The translations under genes were made by a program, and so were the position numbers. The notes beneath the pieces were generated by a model. It was not told the DNA's origin. It did no database searches and worked only from the letters and a program-made list of their open reading frames with translations. Positions 30,160 through 40,138 of a DNA stretch of 64,000 nt are shown here, one piece after another. This stretch comes from Candidatus Bathyarchaeota archaeon (lineage in GTDB: Archaea; Thermoproteota; Bathyarchaeia; Bathyarchaeales; Bathycorpusculaceae), in NCBI GenBank assembly GCA_963782525.1, contig CAWAKC010000007.1:320001-384000 (forward strand), read 5' to 3'. How positions within the stretch are numbered: the first letter of the stretch is position 1; each line of letters begins with the position of its first letter.

Positions 30160-30235
30160 CTTTGAAGCCTCAGTTTCCCCATTAAACATATTCTTCACAA
30201 TTCAGACGGCTCTTCATGCATCATTGGCTTCAAAG
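30160..30235 (-). ncRNA. C/D-box guide sRNA
   Basis: Minus strand: 10-bp terminal stem CTTTGAAGCC/GGCTTCAAAG enclosing box C ATGATGC, D' CTGA, C' GTGAAGA and D CTGA. Confidence 0.7.
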
Positions 30236-30295
30236 CAAAAAGCTCCGTGCTAGAACATAAACTTTGACGGAAAAGATTAAGAAAATAAATTGTGA

Positions 30296-30688
30296 TTATT
30301 TTACTCGAACAATCTTTACTTTGCCAAGTATGGCCCAATACTCAATTTCTGCGCCAGCTACGAGCTTTTCTTTAAGTTCAGGCTCATCTGGGAACGGTGC
30401 ATCGATGTACTCGTAGGTTTCAAGGTCCATAATTTGGACGCCGTTAGGGTTAATAGCGAAGACTTGGCCCGTTCTTTTATCGATGATAGGAACTTCTGCC
30501 CCGAGGTCAACAGGTTTTACGAACTGACGTTTTTGGCCATCGAAGACGCCGATTGCAACAATTCTTGCTTTTGCGGAACCATGTTTTCCAGGTTTAGATT
30601 TAGCAATGTCAACTATGCGGCAGGGTTCACCCTCAATCATCATGTAGCCGCCAACGCGTAATTCTCCAACATCAACTGGTTTACTCAT
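30296..30688 (-). CDS. eif5a: Translation factor aIF5A
   Basis: SKPGKHGSAKAR hypusine motif. Confidence 0.97.
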   Translation of the reverse strand: MSKPVDVGELRVGGYMMIEGEPCRIVDIAKSKPGKHGSAKARIVAIGVFDGQKRQFVKPVDLGAEVPIIDKRTGQVFAINPNGVQIMDLETYEYIDAPFPDEPELKEKLVAGAEIEYWAILGKVKIVRVK

Positions 30689-30778
30689 ACGCACACCACA
30701 GATTAGTTCTATTTAATGCAATTCAGAACAACACCCATATATAGATTAAGGTTTACGCTAATTACTGAGCGGTGGAAA

Positions 30779-31618
30779 ATGTTCAAAACCGTAGGTTTAG
30801 TTGCCCGCTATGACCAAAAAGCAGCTTTGAAGCTCACTGAAAAACTTGCGAACTACCTAAACAAGAAAGGCTTGAAGGTTTACATAGAAAATAGCCTTAG
30901 CGACAAAATAATCTCTCATCATGAGTTTGTTCCACTCTCAGAGATGAAAACTGACTTCATAATCACCATAGGCGGCGATGGAACCATACTGCGAACTGCG
31001 ATAGCGGTACCCAAACCTGAACCACCAATCTTAGCCGTCAACATGGGCGTGAGAGGGTTTTTAACAGAAGTCGAGCCTGAGAACGCCTTTGAAGCTATAG
31101 ACAGAATTCTAAGCGGCGACTACAAGGTTGAAAAATGTACCAAGCTTTGTGTAACAGCAGGTGAAGAGATAATACCTGACGCATTAAACGACGTAGTAGT
31201 TTCGGCTGGCGAACCGTCGAAGATTCTTTACGCAGAAATACGTAAGGAAGATAAACCAATTTTGAAGTGCCAGGCTGACGGGTTGATAATTGCGACTCCG
31301 ACGGGCTCCACAGGCTACAACCTTTCAGCAGGCGGACCAGTCTTGGATAGCGAAGTAAACGCTTTCGTAATAACCCCAATCTGTTCGCTGACAGTGTTCC
31401 ATTCACTCGTGCTTCCTGCAGACTGCGCCATAACACTCAACGCACTAAGGCCAAACAACATGTTTGTTTTGATCGATGGAAACTACCGAAAGCTCCTAAC
31501 TGAAGATGAGCCTTCAGTGAAGATTACAAAATCAAAGAACGTAACCTCGTTCATACGTTTTGAAACCGGCTTCTACGATAGGCTGCGGAACAGGCTACTT
31601 TTCAAGGGAACGGAATGA
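30779..31618 (+). CDS. nadK: NAD kinase
   Basis: GGDGTILR, ALND and TPTGSTGYNLSAGGP motifs. Start trimmed to MFKTV. Confidence 0.95.
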   Translation: MFKTVGLVARYDQKAALKLTEKLANYLNKKGLKVYIENSLSDKIISHHEFVPLSEMKTDFIITIGGDGTILRTAIAVPKPEPPILAVNMGVRGFLTEVEPENAFEAIDRILSGDYKVEKCTKLCVTAGEEIIPDALNDVVVSAGEPSKILYAEIRKEDKPILKCQADGLIIATPTGSTGYNLSAGGPVLDSEVNAFVITPICSLTVFHSLVLPADCAITLNALRPNNMFVLIDGNYRKLLTEDEPSVKITKSKNVTSFIRFETGFYDRLRNRLLFKGTE

Positions 31619-32187
31619 GCGCCCAACCGGACAAACCTTGCAAGCGCGCGGTTGTTTTGGATACTTCTGCGTTTGTCGCGGGGTTTGACTCTTTCTCCTC
31701 GAGCGATGAACAGTTCACGGTGCCTAAGGTTGAAGAGGAAATCCGTCGAAACTCGATGATAAAGATGCGTTTAGAAATGGCCATCGAAGGCGGCAAACTT
31801 AAAGTTAAAGCTCCCGCACAGGAATTCGCAGCTAAAGCAGACTTATCCGCCGCCAAGGTGGGCGACTCCTTCAAGCTGTCCGAAACTGACAAGCAGCTTT
31901 TGGCTTTAGCTCTGGAGCTCAAAGCGGCGGGATATGCGCCTCAAATTGTCACCGACGACTACTCCATCCAGAACGTAGCCAAGCAAATGGACGTCGAATT
32001 TCTATCCCTCGCAACCGTTGGTATCAAACGCCTTTTGGAGTGGGTACGCTACTGCCCAGCCTGCTACAAAGAGTACGCGGCTGACTTCAAATTTAAAGAA
32101 TGCTTGGTCTGCGGTACTGAACTGAAGAGAAAACCCAAAAGGTCAAGTTCAGGCTCAAAAAAGCAGAAGAAGCAGAATAAGAAGTAA
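31615..32187 (+). CDS. nob1: PIN + zinc-ribbon endoribonuclease Nob1
   Basis: VLDTSAF, LSETD, TDDYSIQNVA and CPAC..CLVCG motifs. Confidence 0.92.
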   Translation: MSAQPDKPCKRAVVLDTSAFVAGFDSFSSSDEQFTVPKVEEEIRRNSMIKMRLEMAIEGGKLKVKAPAQEFAAKADLSAAKVGDSFKLSETDKQLLALALELKAAGYAPQIVTDDYSIQNVAKQMDVEFLSLATVGIKRLLEWVRYCPACYKEYAADFKFKECLVCGTELKRKPKRSSSGSKKQKKQNKK

Positions 32188-33963
32188 TCCTTCCATTCCA
32201 AAAATGGGAAAGACCACTTGCTTAGCTTTTACGATTGCCTTATCCACCAGCGTAGTCACCGACTTTAAACGTTCCTCGCCGATAACCCTGACCTGCGGCA
32301 CTGTTAAATGCAAATAACCTGCAGTGGATACCTCAAGGTTTGCCTCTGCCTTCTTCGCCGCCACACTGATGTAGTTGAGTAGCAGTTTGTGGTCCATGAC
32401 TTCGCCGACGGAGCGGTAGCCACGTCGCCCCGTCACCGATGCAGTCACAGCATGAGTATCCGTTGTGAAAACCTCACTTGATTCAAAGCCCAATCCAGCT
32501 AAAGATTCAAGAATCGTTTCTCGAAGTCCAGGAATCATGTTGTTGCCGTCGATGACTATGTAGGCGGTTTTCTGTTTTTCCACCTCAACAAGGATGGCGG
32601 TGATTCCGCCTGGACCCATGCCGCCCTTAAGGGTAAACTCTGTTGGGAACACGGTGGCTGAACCGACGCTGAATGGTGCCTTCGGCGACGCAAAGGCTTT
32701 TTGGAGACACTTGGATGCCGCCGTCTTCAGTTCGTCAAGGTGTTCTGCGGTGTCAATGACAGAGGTTAAACAGTTGTGAGTGTTCACGACCACTGTATTC
32801 TGTAGTCCAAGCGTTTTTGCTTCGTCGCTAACTATGCGTCCTAACTCTTGCGGCAAGTCTTCCGTCGTGTTGGGAGCTAACGTGAAAGAGAGGAAAGCGG
32901 TGTCGCCGAAAACCTGGCAAGAGGCCGTAGCTGCACCTTCTTTGAGGCGGACAAGAGGAGACGCTAAAGAATTTTTTGCTTCAAACCTGGCGGATTCCAC
33001 TGTTTGAGCGATTATTTTGTTGTTCTGAACTTGTGAAGCCAAGTCTAGTTCATGCCCCAAAATGCCTAAAGGAACACAGGCGTTGCAGCCGAATTCACGT
33101 TCATAGCCTTTCTTCATCAGGGAAGGCAAAAGGCTGCTTCCGATGTTCTTGAATGGTCCTGGATGCACTTGTGGAACGATGATTGCAGCCTTGGGTTTGG
33201 AGGTATCAAACTTTAGCAGAGTCACTTCAACGTCGGCATCTACACCCATATCTTCGAGGTGTTTTTCGAGGGGTTCGTTTTGGTCGGTGACCCAGTTGAG
33301 CAGAAATGCCCTAAAGAGGGGCAGCGCCGGAAGAAAGTAGATTTTTTTGCCTAATCGGTCGATGGATGAAAGCAACAAGTAAACTGCAATGTAGCCAAGT
33401 ATTGGAGCTAAAAACATGAAGGGCAAGACCTGCAGGACGATAGTTATTGAGATAGTTGCCCAAAAAACCAAAAAAGCTACGGCACTTAAAATGGGTTCAA
33501 GCAGAACAGACAAGAGTTGCCGCCATTTAGCTGCTGAAGAGGTCGCGTTAAACACCAAAAACCTAAGCGTCAAAACCGTAGCGAATCCTAAGATTGACAG
33601 TTTTACCCAAATTAACCAGCCGAACCAGAAGCTTAAGGCGACGCCTAAGATGATAAAGATGAGCCATATTCCCCAGCAAACAGCCGATACCACTAGGGTT
33701 CTTCGCATTGAGAATATTGGGTCTTTTTTCAGCAGAGATTTGCTAACGATCGTGCTGGTCACGAAGGATATCGCAAAAAGGGAAATGCCTAAATATAAAT
33801 TGACGAACGAGGGAAAGATAAGGAAGACGCAGAGGTTGACTGCGATGGCGCAGATAGCGGCGACTGCTAAGAGAGCAGTTCGGTATGATGGGAGAAAAAA
33901 CATTGAGGAATAGTGTTTGGTTGCACTGTCCATTGAGTGACTAAGAGAACTGTCTGGCGCCAT
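32155..33963 (-). CDS. DUF2070 family membrane protein
   Basis: Multi-TM N-terminus, HPGPFKNIGSS, DGNNM and TTDTH motifs. Confidence 0.88.
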   Translation of the reverse strand: MAPDSSLSHSMDSATKHYSSMFFLPSYRTALLAVAAICAIAVNLCVFLIFPSFVNLYLGISLFAISFVTSTIVSKSLLKKDPIFSMRRTLVVSAVCWGIWLIFIILGVALSFWFGWLIWVKLSILGFATVLTLRFLVFNATSSAAKWRQLLSVLLEPILSAVAFLVFWATISITIVLQVLPFMFLAPILGYIAVYLLLSSIDRLGKKIYFLPALPLFRAFLLNWVTDQNEPLEKHLEDMGVDADVEVTLLKFDTSKPKAAIIVPQVHPGPFKNIGSSLLPSLMKKGYEREFGCNACVPLGILGHELDLASQVQNNKIIAQTVESARFEAKNSLASPLVRLKEGAATASCQVFGDTAFLSFTLAPNTTEDLPQELGRIVSDEAKTLGLQNTVVVNTHNCLTSVIDTAEHLDELKTAASKCLQKAFASPKAPFSVGSATVFPTEFTLKGGMGPGGITAILVEVEKQKTAYIVIDGNNMIPGLRETILESLAGLGFESSEVFTTDTHAVTASVTGRRGYRSVGEVMDHKLLLNYISVAAKKAEANLEVSTAGYLHLTVPQVRVIGEERLKSVTTLVDKAIVKAKQVVFPIFGMEGLLLILLLLLF

Positions 33964-34208
33964 TTTTCTCTCTCCTAAGGAATCAGGTAGCCTTATTAAT
34001 ATTTAGCTAAGTTTTAAGGTCTTGCTTTAAGGCAATAAATACACTTTTTTTTATAACTCACAGCCAACATCGTCTTGTTTTGTCATGAAGTAATCAAAAG
34101 GATCGTTAGAGAAACGTTATTTAGCTGTGTAAACGCAAAAAAACAACATACCAAATAGAGGCAATTGTTTTATCCTTAGTTCTACAATTATACCAATTTG
34201 CGAAGCTT

Positions 34209-34499
34209 ATGCCAGATCAAGACTTGCCCCCATCAATCTTCCACATGCTTGAGAGAAATGTGGGCAAAAAAATCAGAGTCATTTTAGACCCCGCTTACGG
34301 TTTCGAAGGAACCTTAACAGCGGTTACTCATGAACCGTCAGGAATCTGGCTATCCGACGCAGAAGCAATCGTTTTAAGATCAACTATCGCTCAGCCGATT
34401 CCGCAGGTTGCTAGCAGAGAAGAAAGAAGCGAACTATTTTTGCACCTTAACTCAGTTCAAAGAATAGAAGTCTTGCACCCAACAGCGCCAAGACGATAA
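34209..34499 (+). CDS. Sm/Lsm-fold protein
   Basis: GKKIRVIL..GFEGTL..IWLSDAE..LFLHLNSVQRIEV Sm1/Sm2-like pattern. Confidence 0.6.
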   Translation: MPDQDLPPSIFHMLERNVGKKIRVILDPAYGFEGTLTAVTHEPSGIWLSDAEAIVLRSTIAQPIPQVASREERSELFLHLNSVQRIEVLHPTAPRR

Positions 34500-34504
34500 A
34501 AAGT

Positions 34505-34681
34505 TTAAGCTGGGAAGAAAACTTTAGCTAAAACTGAAATAACTATTAGTGTAACTGCAAAGACCACGAGCAGTTCAGGTCGGATTTTTACGCCTTCAGT
34601 CTCTTCCTCAAAGAACCTAAGCAACCCTGCACTTGCAGCAGGCATTGGACCTGTATCTTTCTTTTTCCTTCTTCCACTCAT
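34505..34681 (-). CDS. secG: Preprotein translocase subunit Sec61-beta
   Basis: Manual translation (58 aa, below the ORF-track cutoff): MSGRRKKKDTGPMPAASAGLLRFFEEETEGVKIRPELLVVF... plus a TM segment. Confidence 0.92.
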   Translation of the reverse strand: MSGRRKKKDTGPMPAASAGLLRFFEEETEGVKIRPELLVVFAVTLIVISVLAKVFFPA

Positions 34682-34773
34682 CAAACATTCCTACCGAAGC
34701 TAATGTGATACATGCCTAATATTTGCTTGCACTAATTAATCTTACGCCAACCCAGGATGCTCGAAATCCAAAA

Positions 34774-34841
34774 AGGTGGCATGCAACCCCGTTCTTCTGC
34801 TTTACGTAAGAGAGGAGTCATCGGGGGTTGCGAAAGCACCT
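34774..34841 (+). ncRNA. Candidate structured RNA hairpin
   Basis: Nested stems AGGTG/CACCT, GCAACCCC/GGGGTTGC and TTCTTCT/AGAGGAG (G-U pairs favour the + strand) in otherwise AT-rich intergenic DNA. Confidence 0.4.
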
Positions 34842-34941
34842 GCTTTTCTGTATACAAAAGCATCAACCAAACACACAAAATTGCTAATTTGAGTTTAATC
34901 TTTATTACCGCCCAAAATTAAATCCTCTGAAGTGAGCTCTA

Positions 34942-35229
34942 ATGGAAATTCATGAGTTTCAGAAAATGATGAAGCATCTTTACTTCGAAAGAGATTCCGC
35001 ACGCGGAGTACAAGGCACTTTCAATTGGCTAGTAGATGAAGTTGCTGAATTAGGCGAAGAGTTGAAGGGAACCGACAAAGAAGCCACCGAAAAAGAGTTC
35101 GCCGATGTCATCGCTTGGCTCGCATCCCTAGCTAACATTATGGGAATCAACCTTGAGAAGGCAGCACTTAACAAGTATAACCACAAGTGCCCAAAATGTC
35201 AAAGCTCACCGTGTCGATGCACTTTCTAA
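34942..35229 (+). CDS. MazG-like nucleotide pyrophosphohydrolase
   Basis: WLVDEVAELGE..KEFADVIAWLASLAN, C-terminal CPKC..CRC. Confidence 0.88.
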   Translation: MEIHEFQKMMKHLYFERDSARGVQGTFNWLVDEVAELGEELKGTDKEATEKEFADVIAWLASLANIMGINLEKAALNKYNHKCPKCQSSPCRCTF

Positions 35230-35474
35230 TCGAGACGTTTCTGTCCTAAACCAGTCGTCAACCAAACATACCGCACACTGCCCTTTCGCTCAACAGTTCC
35301 TTCATCCTTCAACAGCTTTAGGTGGTACATAACAACACCATAAGTCAAGGCGGATCCTTTTGCAAGGTTAGAAGCACTAAAACCTTGTTTCTCAAGCGAA
35401 CACAAAATTTTTGTTCGAGCCACAAGACCGCAATGTACGTTTCTTATGTTTTTTAAGTAAGCGTTCGGATGCAT
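35226..35474 (-). CDS. Small winged-helix protein
   Basis: LTYGVVMYHLKLLKDEGTVERKG wHTH pattern. Confidence 0.75.
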   Translation of the reverse strand: MHPNAYLKNIRNVHCGLVARTKILCSLEKQGFSASNLAKGSALTYGVVMYHLKLLKDEGTVERKGSVRYVWLTTGLGQKRLD

Positions 35475-35537
35475 AGTTTCTTTGATGATCTCTCCCCACG
35501 AGATACATCTGCAGACTATATTGAAAAGGTTTAGCTA

Positions 35538-38500
35538 CTAAAAATCAAAAAGCTTAGCTTGCTTTGGCTTTTTGTTGTCAAACATGGTGGCTATCTCTTC
35601 CTTGATTAAATCCATGCGCTGCGTATAGTATTTTGGCAAGCCATACTTGTCGACCAATTCTTGTGCGGCAAAAAGGTACTTCTCTATGCCGCCGCGGTAG
35701 ACGGTGAGGGTTAGTTTTCCGCCGCAATAGGAACATTTGCCTTTAAGGGGTAATCGCCGGAATTTTTTGTTGCAAGACTTGCACCTGAAACCTTGCGTTG
35801 AGAAGGCACGCATGTTACCTGCGATATCACGCATGAAGTGGGTATTCAAAACCTTCAATGCCACTCGCCTAGCATCGACGGCATCGATTTTTTCGCCCAG
35901 CTCCAATTGCATGTGCAACTTATCTATCATGGATTTGAATTCTTTGTAGGAACTGTTGGCGTTGCCGAGATTAATGTTTGTGCAGGGGGTGGTGTATTGG
36001 AAGCCTTCAAACTGCGCTTCCGTGCCCAGTCGGTGGCTGATGACATCCATCATGGCGCTTGCGGGTCTAGCGTCAAACTTCTCCAAGGTTTTCCTGTAGA
36101 ACTCGATTGGGTAAGTTGCGCTAACGTCGAAGTCGTGTGCTTGGCGCTGAACCTCTTTTGTGTTTACAAAGGGGATGAGTAGGATAGGAGCATCCATTAT
36201 TCCGCCGATCTGCGCAGGAAGAAAGACCCGAGAGAAGTTAAGAAGCGTGTCCAAAGCAAGCATGATAGCATCTTCGTCGCCGTCGCAGTCTCGACGTTTA
36301 GCCGAATGCCAAACGGGATGAGCATAAATCACGTTGCGGTCAGTGAAACCAACCACTCTGCCTAGGATGCAGGCACACGTGTGAGGCGCCAACCCAAAGA
36401 GCAGGTGCCCAACCATATCCTCAGCTTTCTTAACGTTATAGTAAGCGGGTTGCTTGTAGACGCGAACTAAAAGGTCGTCGATGAAAGCGGCGATTTGAAC
36501 AAAGTACTCGCCTGCACGCCAGGGAATCACAACATCTTGGATTTTAAGTTCGCAGACTTGATTAGAATCCGTTAGGGGCAAGCCATGGGTGTCTGAGAGA
36601 TAGTCCATTTGACGCATCTTTTCGACTGAGACGCCAACTTCAGCAGGAGTGATGTGTGTTAATGGAGCGTTTGTGGCGTCGAAGCGGATGGTGCCATCCT
36701 TGTAAACTGATAGCCCGTGTTTTGCCCGCAAGATACCTTTCTCAATGTTCTCAGGTGTTTTATCAAGGTTTGTTAAACCCTTAACACCGCGAAGCATCTT
36801 TGGCGCAGGATATCCGAGGTTTGAACTGGCAATGGCGATTAATTCTTTAAAGTTCACGGGTTGACGCTGATACATAACCCCATCGGTCTTGCATGTTGAG
36901 CATCCTGTGTCCTTTACTGTTTTACCACACCTTGGACAAATCTTCTCTGAGATGGTTTCGCAGTTGCATGAAGGACATTTTATTTTTAAGGTGTAGCTTT
37001 TGCAGTTTGGGCACTTACGCTTAGCCAGCTCGACAAAGACCGGCCCTTGTCGTGAAGCTTCCATAAGGTCACGGTGTGTTCCTCCCTTTAATCCGACAGG
37101 GAAGAGGAGATGGACGAGAGGTTTCATTTCGCGGTGCTTAGCTTTTTCTGGTCTACCCATGCGCCCGCCTACATATGTTGGGGCTTTATCTTTGATTTGC
37201 ACACTTGACAACAAGCTCAGCATTTCCAACGGGGAATTTGCTTGAACAACCTGTGTTTTACCGTAGCCAAGAGAGAAACCAAAAGAAGCAGCGTCTTCGC
37301 CAACCAGCACTATTTTGCCGTCAAAGATTTTATGCTGTACAAAGATTTTTCGAAGAGACTCTATTACGGCCTCACTGACGTCACCCACAATTTTGCTCGC
37401 AAAGCTTTCGTTCAATGTTACTTCACAATTTGTTAACCACCGCCTCAGCAACTCGATTTCAGTTAGATTTGATATGCTGCCCCAAAACAAGAGACAATTA
37501 GGGGCAAGAGGGATGTCAAAGCAAAAACTTAATGCAGCAGCTTCTTTAACGGTTGGCTTGCATGCAAATGGGTCCGCAACAAAAGCCTCAAGCTTCACTA
37601 TAGAAAGATTTGTCGCTTGAGCAGCCTTCTGAAAATCAGAACCGAATTTTTCCATAATAGCCCTTTGAAGGTCTTTTGCCCACCATTCCTCAACGTATCC
37701 CGAGGGTGGAAGCGCTTTGTTACAATATAGAAAATCGCCGAAGTCTATGAGCATGTCACCTAAGAAGAGGATTTTTTGAACCTTACCCTTAATATCAGGA
37801 TAGTTTTCGAGCGAAACCCGCACAACGGAATTGTCTTTGAGCAAAACTACAGGTTGCTCAATGCTGTCCACGGGCATAGTGACGCCGCCTTTACCGGGCA
37901 ACTCCAGACGCATCTGTGTGCCTGCAGCGAGAAAATTTTCAACTACAGCCATTGTAGCAGGATGAATACCCACTGCTGAGAGCCCCGTATTACGGGACCT
38001 TCCGTATCTGAGGCGAAAACCACCGCGAGTGGAAGGAAACGCAAAGATAGGGCGACCGGCAATGACATCGTCCATGAAACCGCCTGATTTCTTCTCAGAT
38101 TTCTTCTTGAAATTCTTGAGCCATTCCCAACCCTGAAAACCTAGCTTATCAATTATCACATAAACTTTCTGAGCGCGCCCAACGATGCCGTCGTTTACGA
38201 CACGAAGGGCTCCGCCTCTGACCCGATTGGTTTCGACTCTCTCCAGGTTACGATATGACGAGACCTCTACGGGATCGGATTCGGTTCCTGTGCATTCGAC
38301 TGGGATGAGGTTAAGCGCTTTTTTTAGTTCCTCATCGGGAATGTGGTATTGGAAACGTCCCACTGAGCGTTCGTAGAGTCTTAGTTCTTCGACGAAGCGG
38401 GAGACTTCTTCCTCAGTTGGCTTGTACTTGTCAAGGTCCAGTTCCCGACGTACGTAATCGCCCACAACTAACGTTAACGCTTGATCGGTGCCGCCAGCTG

Positions 38501-38960
38501 AACGAATGGGCCCAGCAAAGTACACAGCGAGATAACGTGACTTGTCGGCGTTTGTTTTTATTTTAACTTGGGCTATACCCTGAATCGGTGCTGCAGTTAG
38601 GCCTTCAGTAAAGATTGCAAGGGCAGTTCGAATCGCTTGTTCCGCCAATTGTTCTGGTCTCTGTTCCGTCTTAGCGAATTTTCCTTGGGCAATTTGTTGG
38701 GCTACTTTAAACGCTACTTCTTCTCTCGGCATCTTTGTGTTTAATTCACGGATGCTAACAGCTACATCTTTGGGGCCAACTAACCCTTCCACCAAGTCCG
38801 CGATGTCCTGTGCAACGATGCACTCGGTTTTTAGGGCTGGATCTAAGCCTTTGGATCTGGCGCTGTCACTTATGGCGTACAGTCGTTTAAGCTCGTTATC
38901 CATTGTTTGGACATAGTTTTGATAGCCCTTGCTAATATTCAATCGACAGCTCACCCGCAA
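35538..38960 (-). CDS. polC: DNA polymerase D large subunit DP2
   Basis: AGPIRSAGGT, FRLRYGRSRNTG, RMGRPEKA and KRRDCDGDED motifs. No intein seen. Start uncertain. Confidence 0.98.
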   Translation of the reverse strand: MRVSCRLNISKGYQNYVQTMDNELKRLYAISDSARSKGLDPALKTECIVAQDIADLVEGLVGPKDVAVSIRELNTKMPREEVAFKVAQQIAQGKFAKTEQRPEQLAEQAIRTALAIFTEGLTAAPIQGIAQVKIKTNADKSRYLAVYFAGPIRSAGGTDQALTLVVGDYVRRELDLDKYKPTEEEVSRFVEELRLYERSVGRFQYHIPDEELKKALNLIPVECTGTESDPVEVSSYRNLERVETNRVRGGALRVVNDGIVGRAQKVYVIIDKLGFQGWEWLKNFKKKSEKKSGGFMDDVIAGRPIFAFPSTRGGFRLRYGRSRNTGLSAVGIHPATMAVVENFLAAGTQMRLELPGKGGVTMPVDSIEQPVVLLKDNSVVRVSLENYPDIKGKVQKILFLGDMLIDFGDFLYCNKALPPSGYVEEWWAKDLQRAIMEKFGSDFQKAAQATNLSIVKLEAFVADPFACKPTVKEAAALSFCFDIPLAPNCLLFWGSISNLTEIELLRRWLTNCEVTLNESFASKIVGDVSEAVIESLRKIFVQHKIFDGKIVLVGEDAASFGFSLGYGKTQVVQANSPLEMLSLLSSVQIKDKAPTYVGGRMGRPEKAKHREMKPLVHLLFPVGLKGGTHRDLMEASRQGPVFVELAKRKCPNCKSYTLKIKCPSCNCETISEKICPRCGKTVKDTGCSTCKTDGVMYQRQPVNFKELIAIASSNLGYPAPKMLRGVKGLTNLDKTPENIEKGILRAKHGLSVYKDGTIRFDATNAPLTHITPAEVGVSVEKMRQMDYLSDTHGLPLTDSNQVCELKIQDVVIPWRAGEYFVQIAAFIDDLLVRVYKQPAYYNVKKAEDMVGHLLFGLAPHTCACILGRVVGFTDRNVIYAHPVWHSAKRRDCDGDEDAIMLALDTLLNFSRVFLPAQIGGIMDAPILLIPFVNTKEVQRQAHDFDVSATYPIEFYRKTLEKFDARPASAMMDVISHRLGTEAQFEGFQYTTPCTNINLGNANSSYKEFKSMIDKLHMQLELGEKIDAVDARRVALKVLNTHFMRDIAGNMRAFSTQGFRCKSCNKKFRRLPLKGKCSYCGGKLTLTVYRGGIEKYLFAAQELVDKYGLPKYYTQRMDLIKEEIATMFDNKKPKQAKLFDF

Positions 38961-39022
38961 GATATGCTGAGATAGGTTATTTTGGCTTTCTAAAGAATAC
39001 CGAAAAATCTAACAATAAAAAA

Positions 39023-39781
39023 TTAGGATTTAATGTTTTGTATTGCTTTTATTATTTCTGAAATCCGTTTTGCTGCATCACTTGATTCAGTCACGTTTCC
39101 AGTAACGATTACGTCTGCACCTGCAGAAGCTGCGGCTAAAGCCTGCTCCTTTAATCGAATTCCTCCGCCGACGATAAGCGGAATGTCGATTAAGTGCTTG
39201 ACGGCACGAATCATTTCTGGTGGCACAGGGTGTGCTGCTCCGGAGCCGCCTTCAAGATAGATGAAGCGCATGCCGAGGTATTGCCCGGCCAAAGCGTGGG
39301 CAGCTGCGAGTTCAGGCTTGTTGTATGGTACGGTGATTGCTTTTCCAACAATGCCAGCTGTTCCTCCATCGCCTACGATTATGTAACCCATGGAAATGGG
39401 TTCCAACCCATATTTTTTGACGAGTGGAGCTCCCAAGATTTGAGCGCCAATAAGGAAGTATGGATCCACTGAATTGAGCAAGGACATGAACCAAATTGCA
39501 TCGGCATGACAGCTTATTCCCGTGACGTTGTTTGGAAAAAGAATCGTGGGAATGTCTACTTTGGATTTGATTGCTTTGACTACGTCGTTTAGGTGGTTTT
39601 CAGAGACAAAAGTTGAACCGCCAATCATTATCGCGGTTGTTCCGCTCTTCTTAGAGCTTTCAGCAATATTTGAAGCTCCTTCTACCGTGACTTTTTCTGG
39701 GTCTATTAGAGTTATGTGAATTGAACCGCCATTTTTTATTTTTTCGAGCAAGTACCGTTCAATAGGCCCTAGCATGGTCAT
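39023..39781 (-). CDS. Geranylgeranylglyceryl phosphate synthase
   Basis: HITLIDPEK, IMIGGS, YLEGGSGA and VGGGIR motifs. Confidence 0.95.
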   Translation of the reverse strand: MTMLGPIERYLLEKIKNGGSIHITLIDPEKVTVEGASNIAESSKKSGTTAIMIGGSTFVSENHLNDVVKAIKSKVDIPTILFPNNVTGISCHADAIWFMSLLNSVDPYFLIGAQILGAPLVKKYGLEPISMGYIIVGDGGTAGIVGKAITVPYNKPELAAAHALAGQYLGMRFIYLEGGSGAAHPVPPEMIRAVKHLIDIPLIVGGGIRLKEQALAAASAGADVIVTGNVTESSDAAKRISEIIKAIQNIKS

Positions 39782-39788
39782 CCTTCAA

Positions 39789-40058
39789 TTACTCTTTTTT
39801 AACGCTCGTTATAGGCGTCCTTTTTTGGGTGCCGTAAACTCGGTCAGTTAACATGCAGTAGACGTCAACTTCGCCCTGTGCTAATTTAACGGGGAACTCT
39901 TCTTTGAGACCACAACTACTGCATTGTGCAACCGCGTGTCCACCCTCGTCACGTGTAATTTCTACTTTAACTGTTTCTTTTCCGCATTTAGGGCAAGAAT
40001 AGAATTTCGGTAACCGTTTCTTTGGAATATGAACAACTTTTTTCCTTCTTCGCCCCAT
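39789..40058 (-). CDS. elf1: Transcription elongation factor Elf1
   Basis: MGRRRKK..LPKFYSCPKC..CSSC..VDVYC. Confidence 0.92.
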   Translation of the reverse strand: MGRRRKKVVHIPKKRLPKFYSCPKCGKETVKVEITRDEGGHAVAQCSSCGLKEEFPVKLAQGEVDVYCMLTDRVYGTQKRTPITSVKKE

Positions 40059-40138
40059 ACAATAACCTTCTAAATCGTCTGGTAATGTTCATTAATATTT
40101 ATGCTTGTCCTTAAATACTTGCCTACTAACCATCAATA

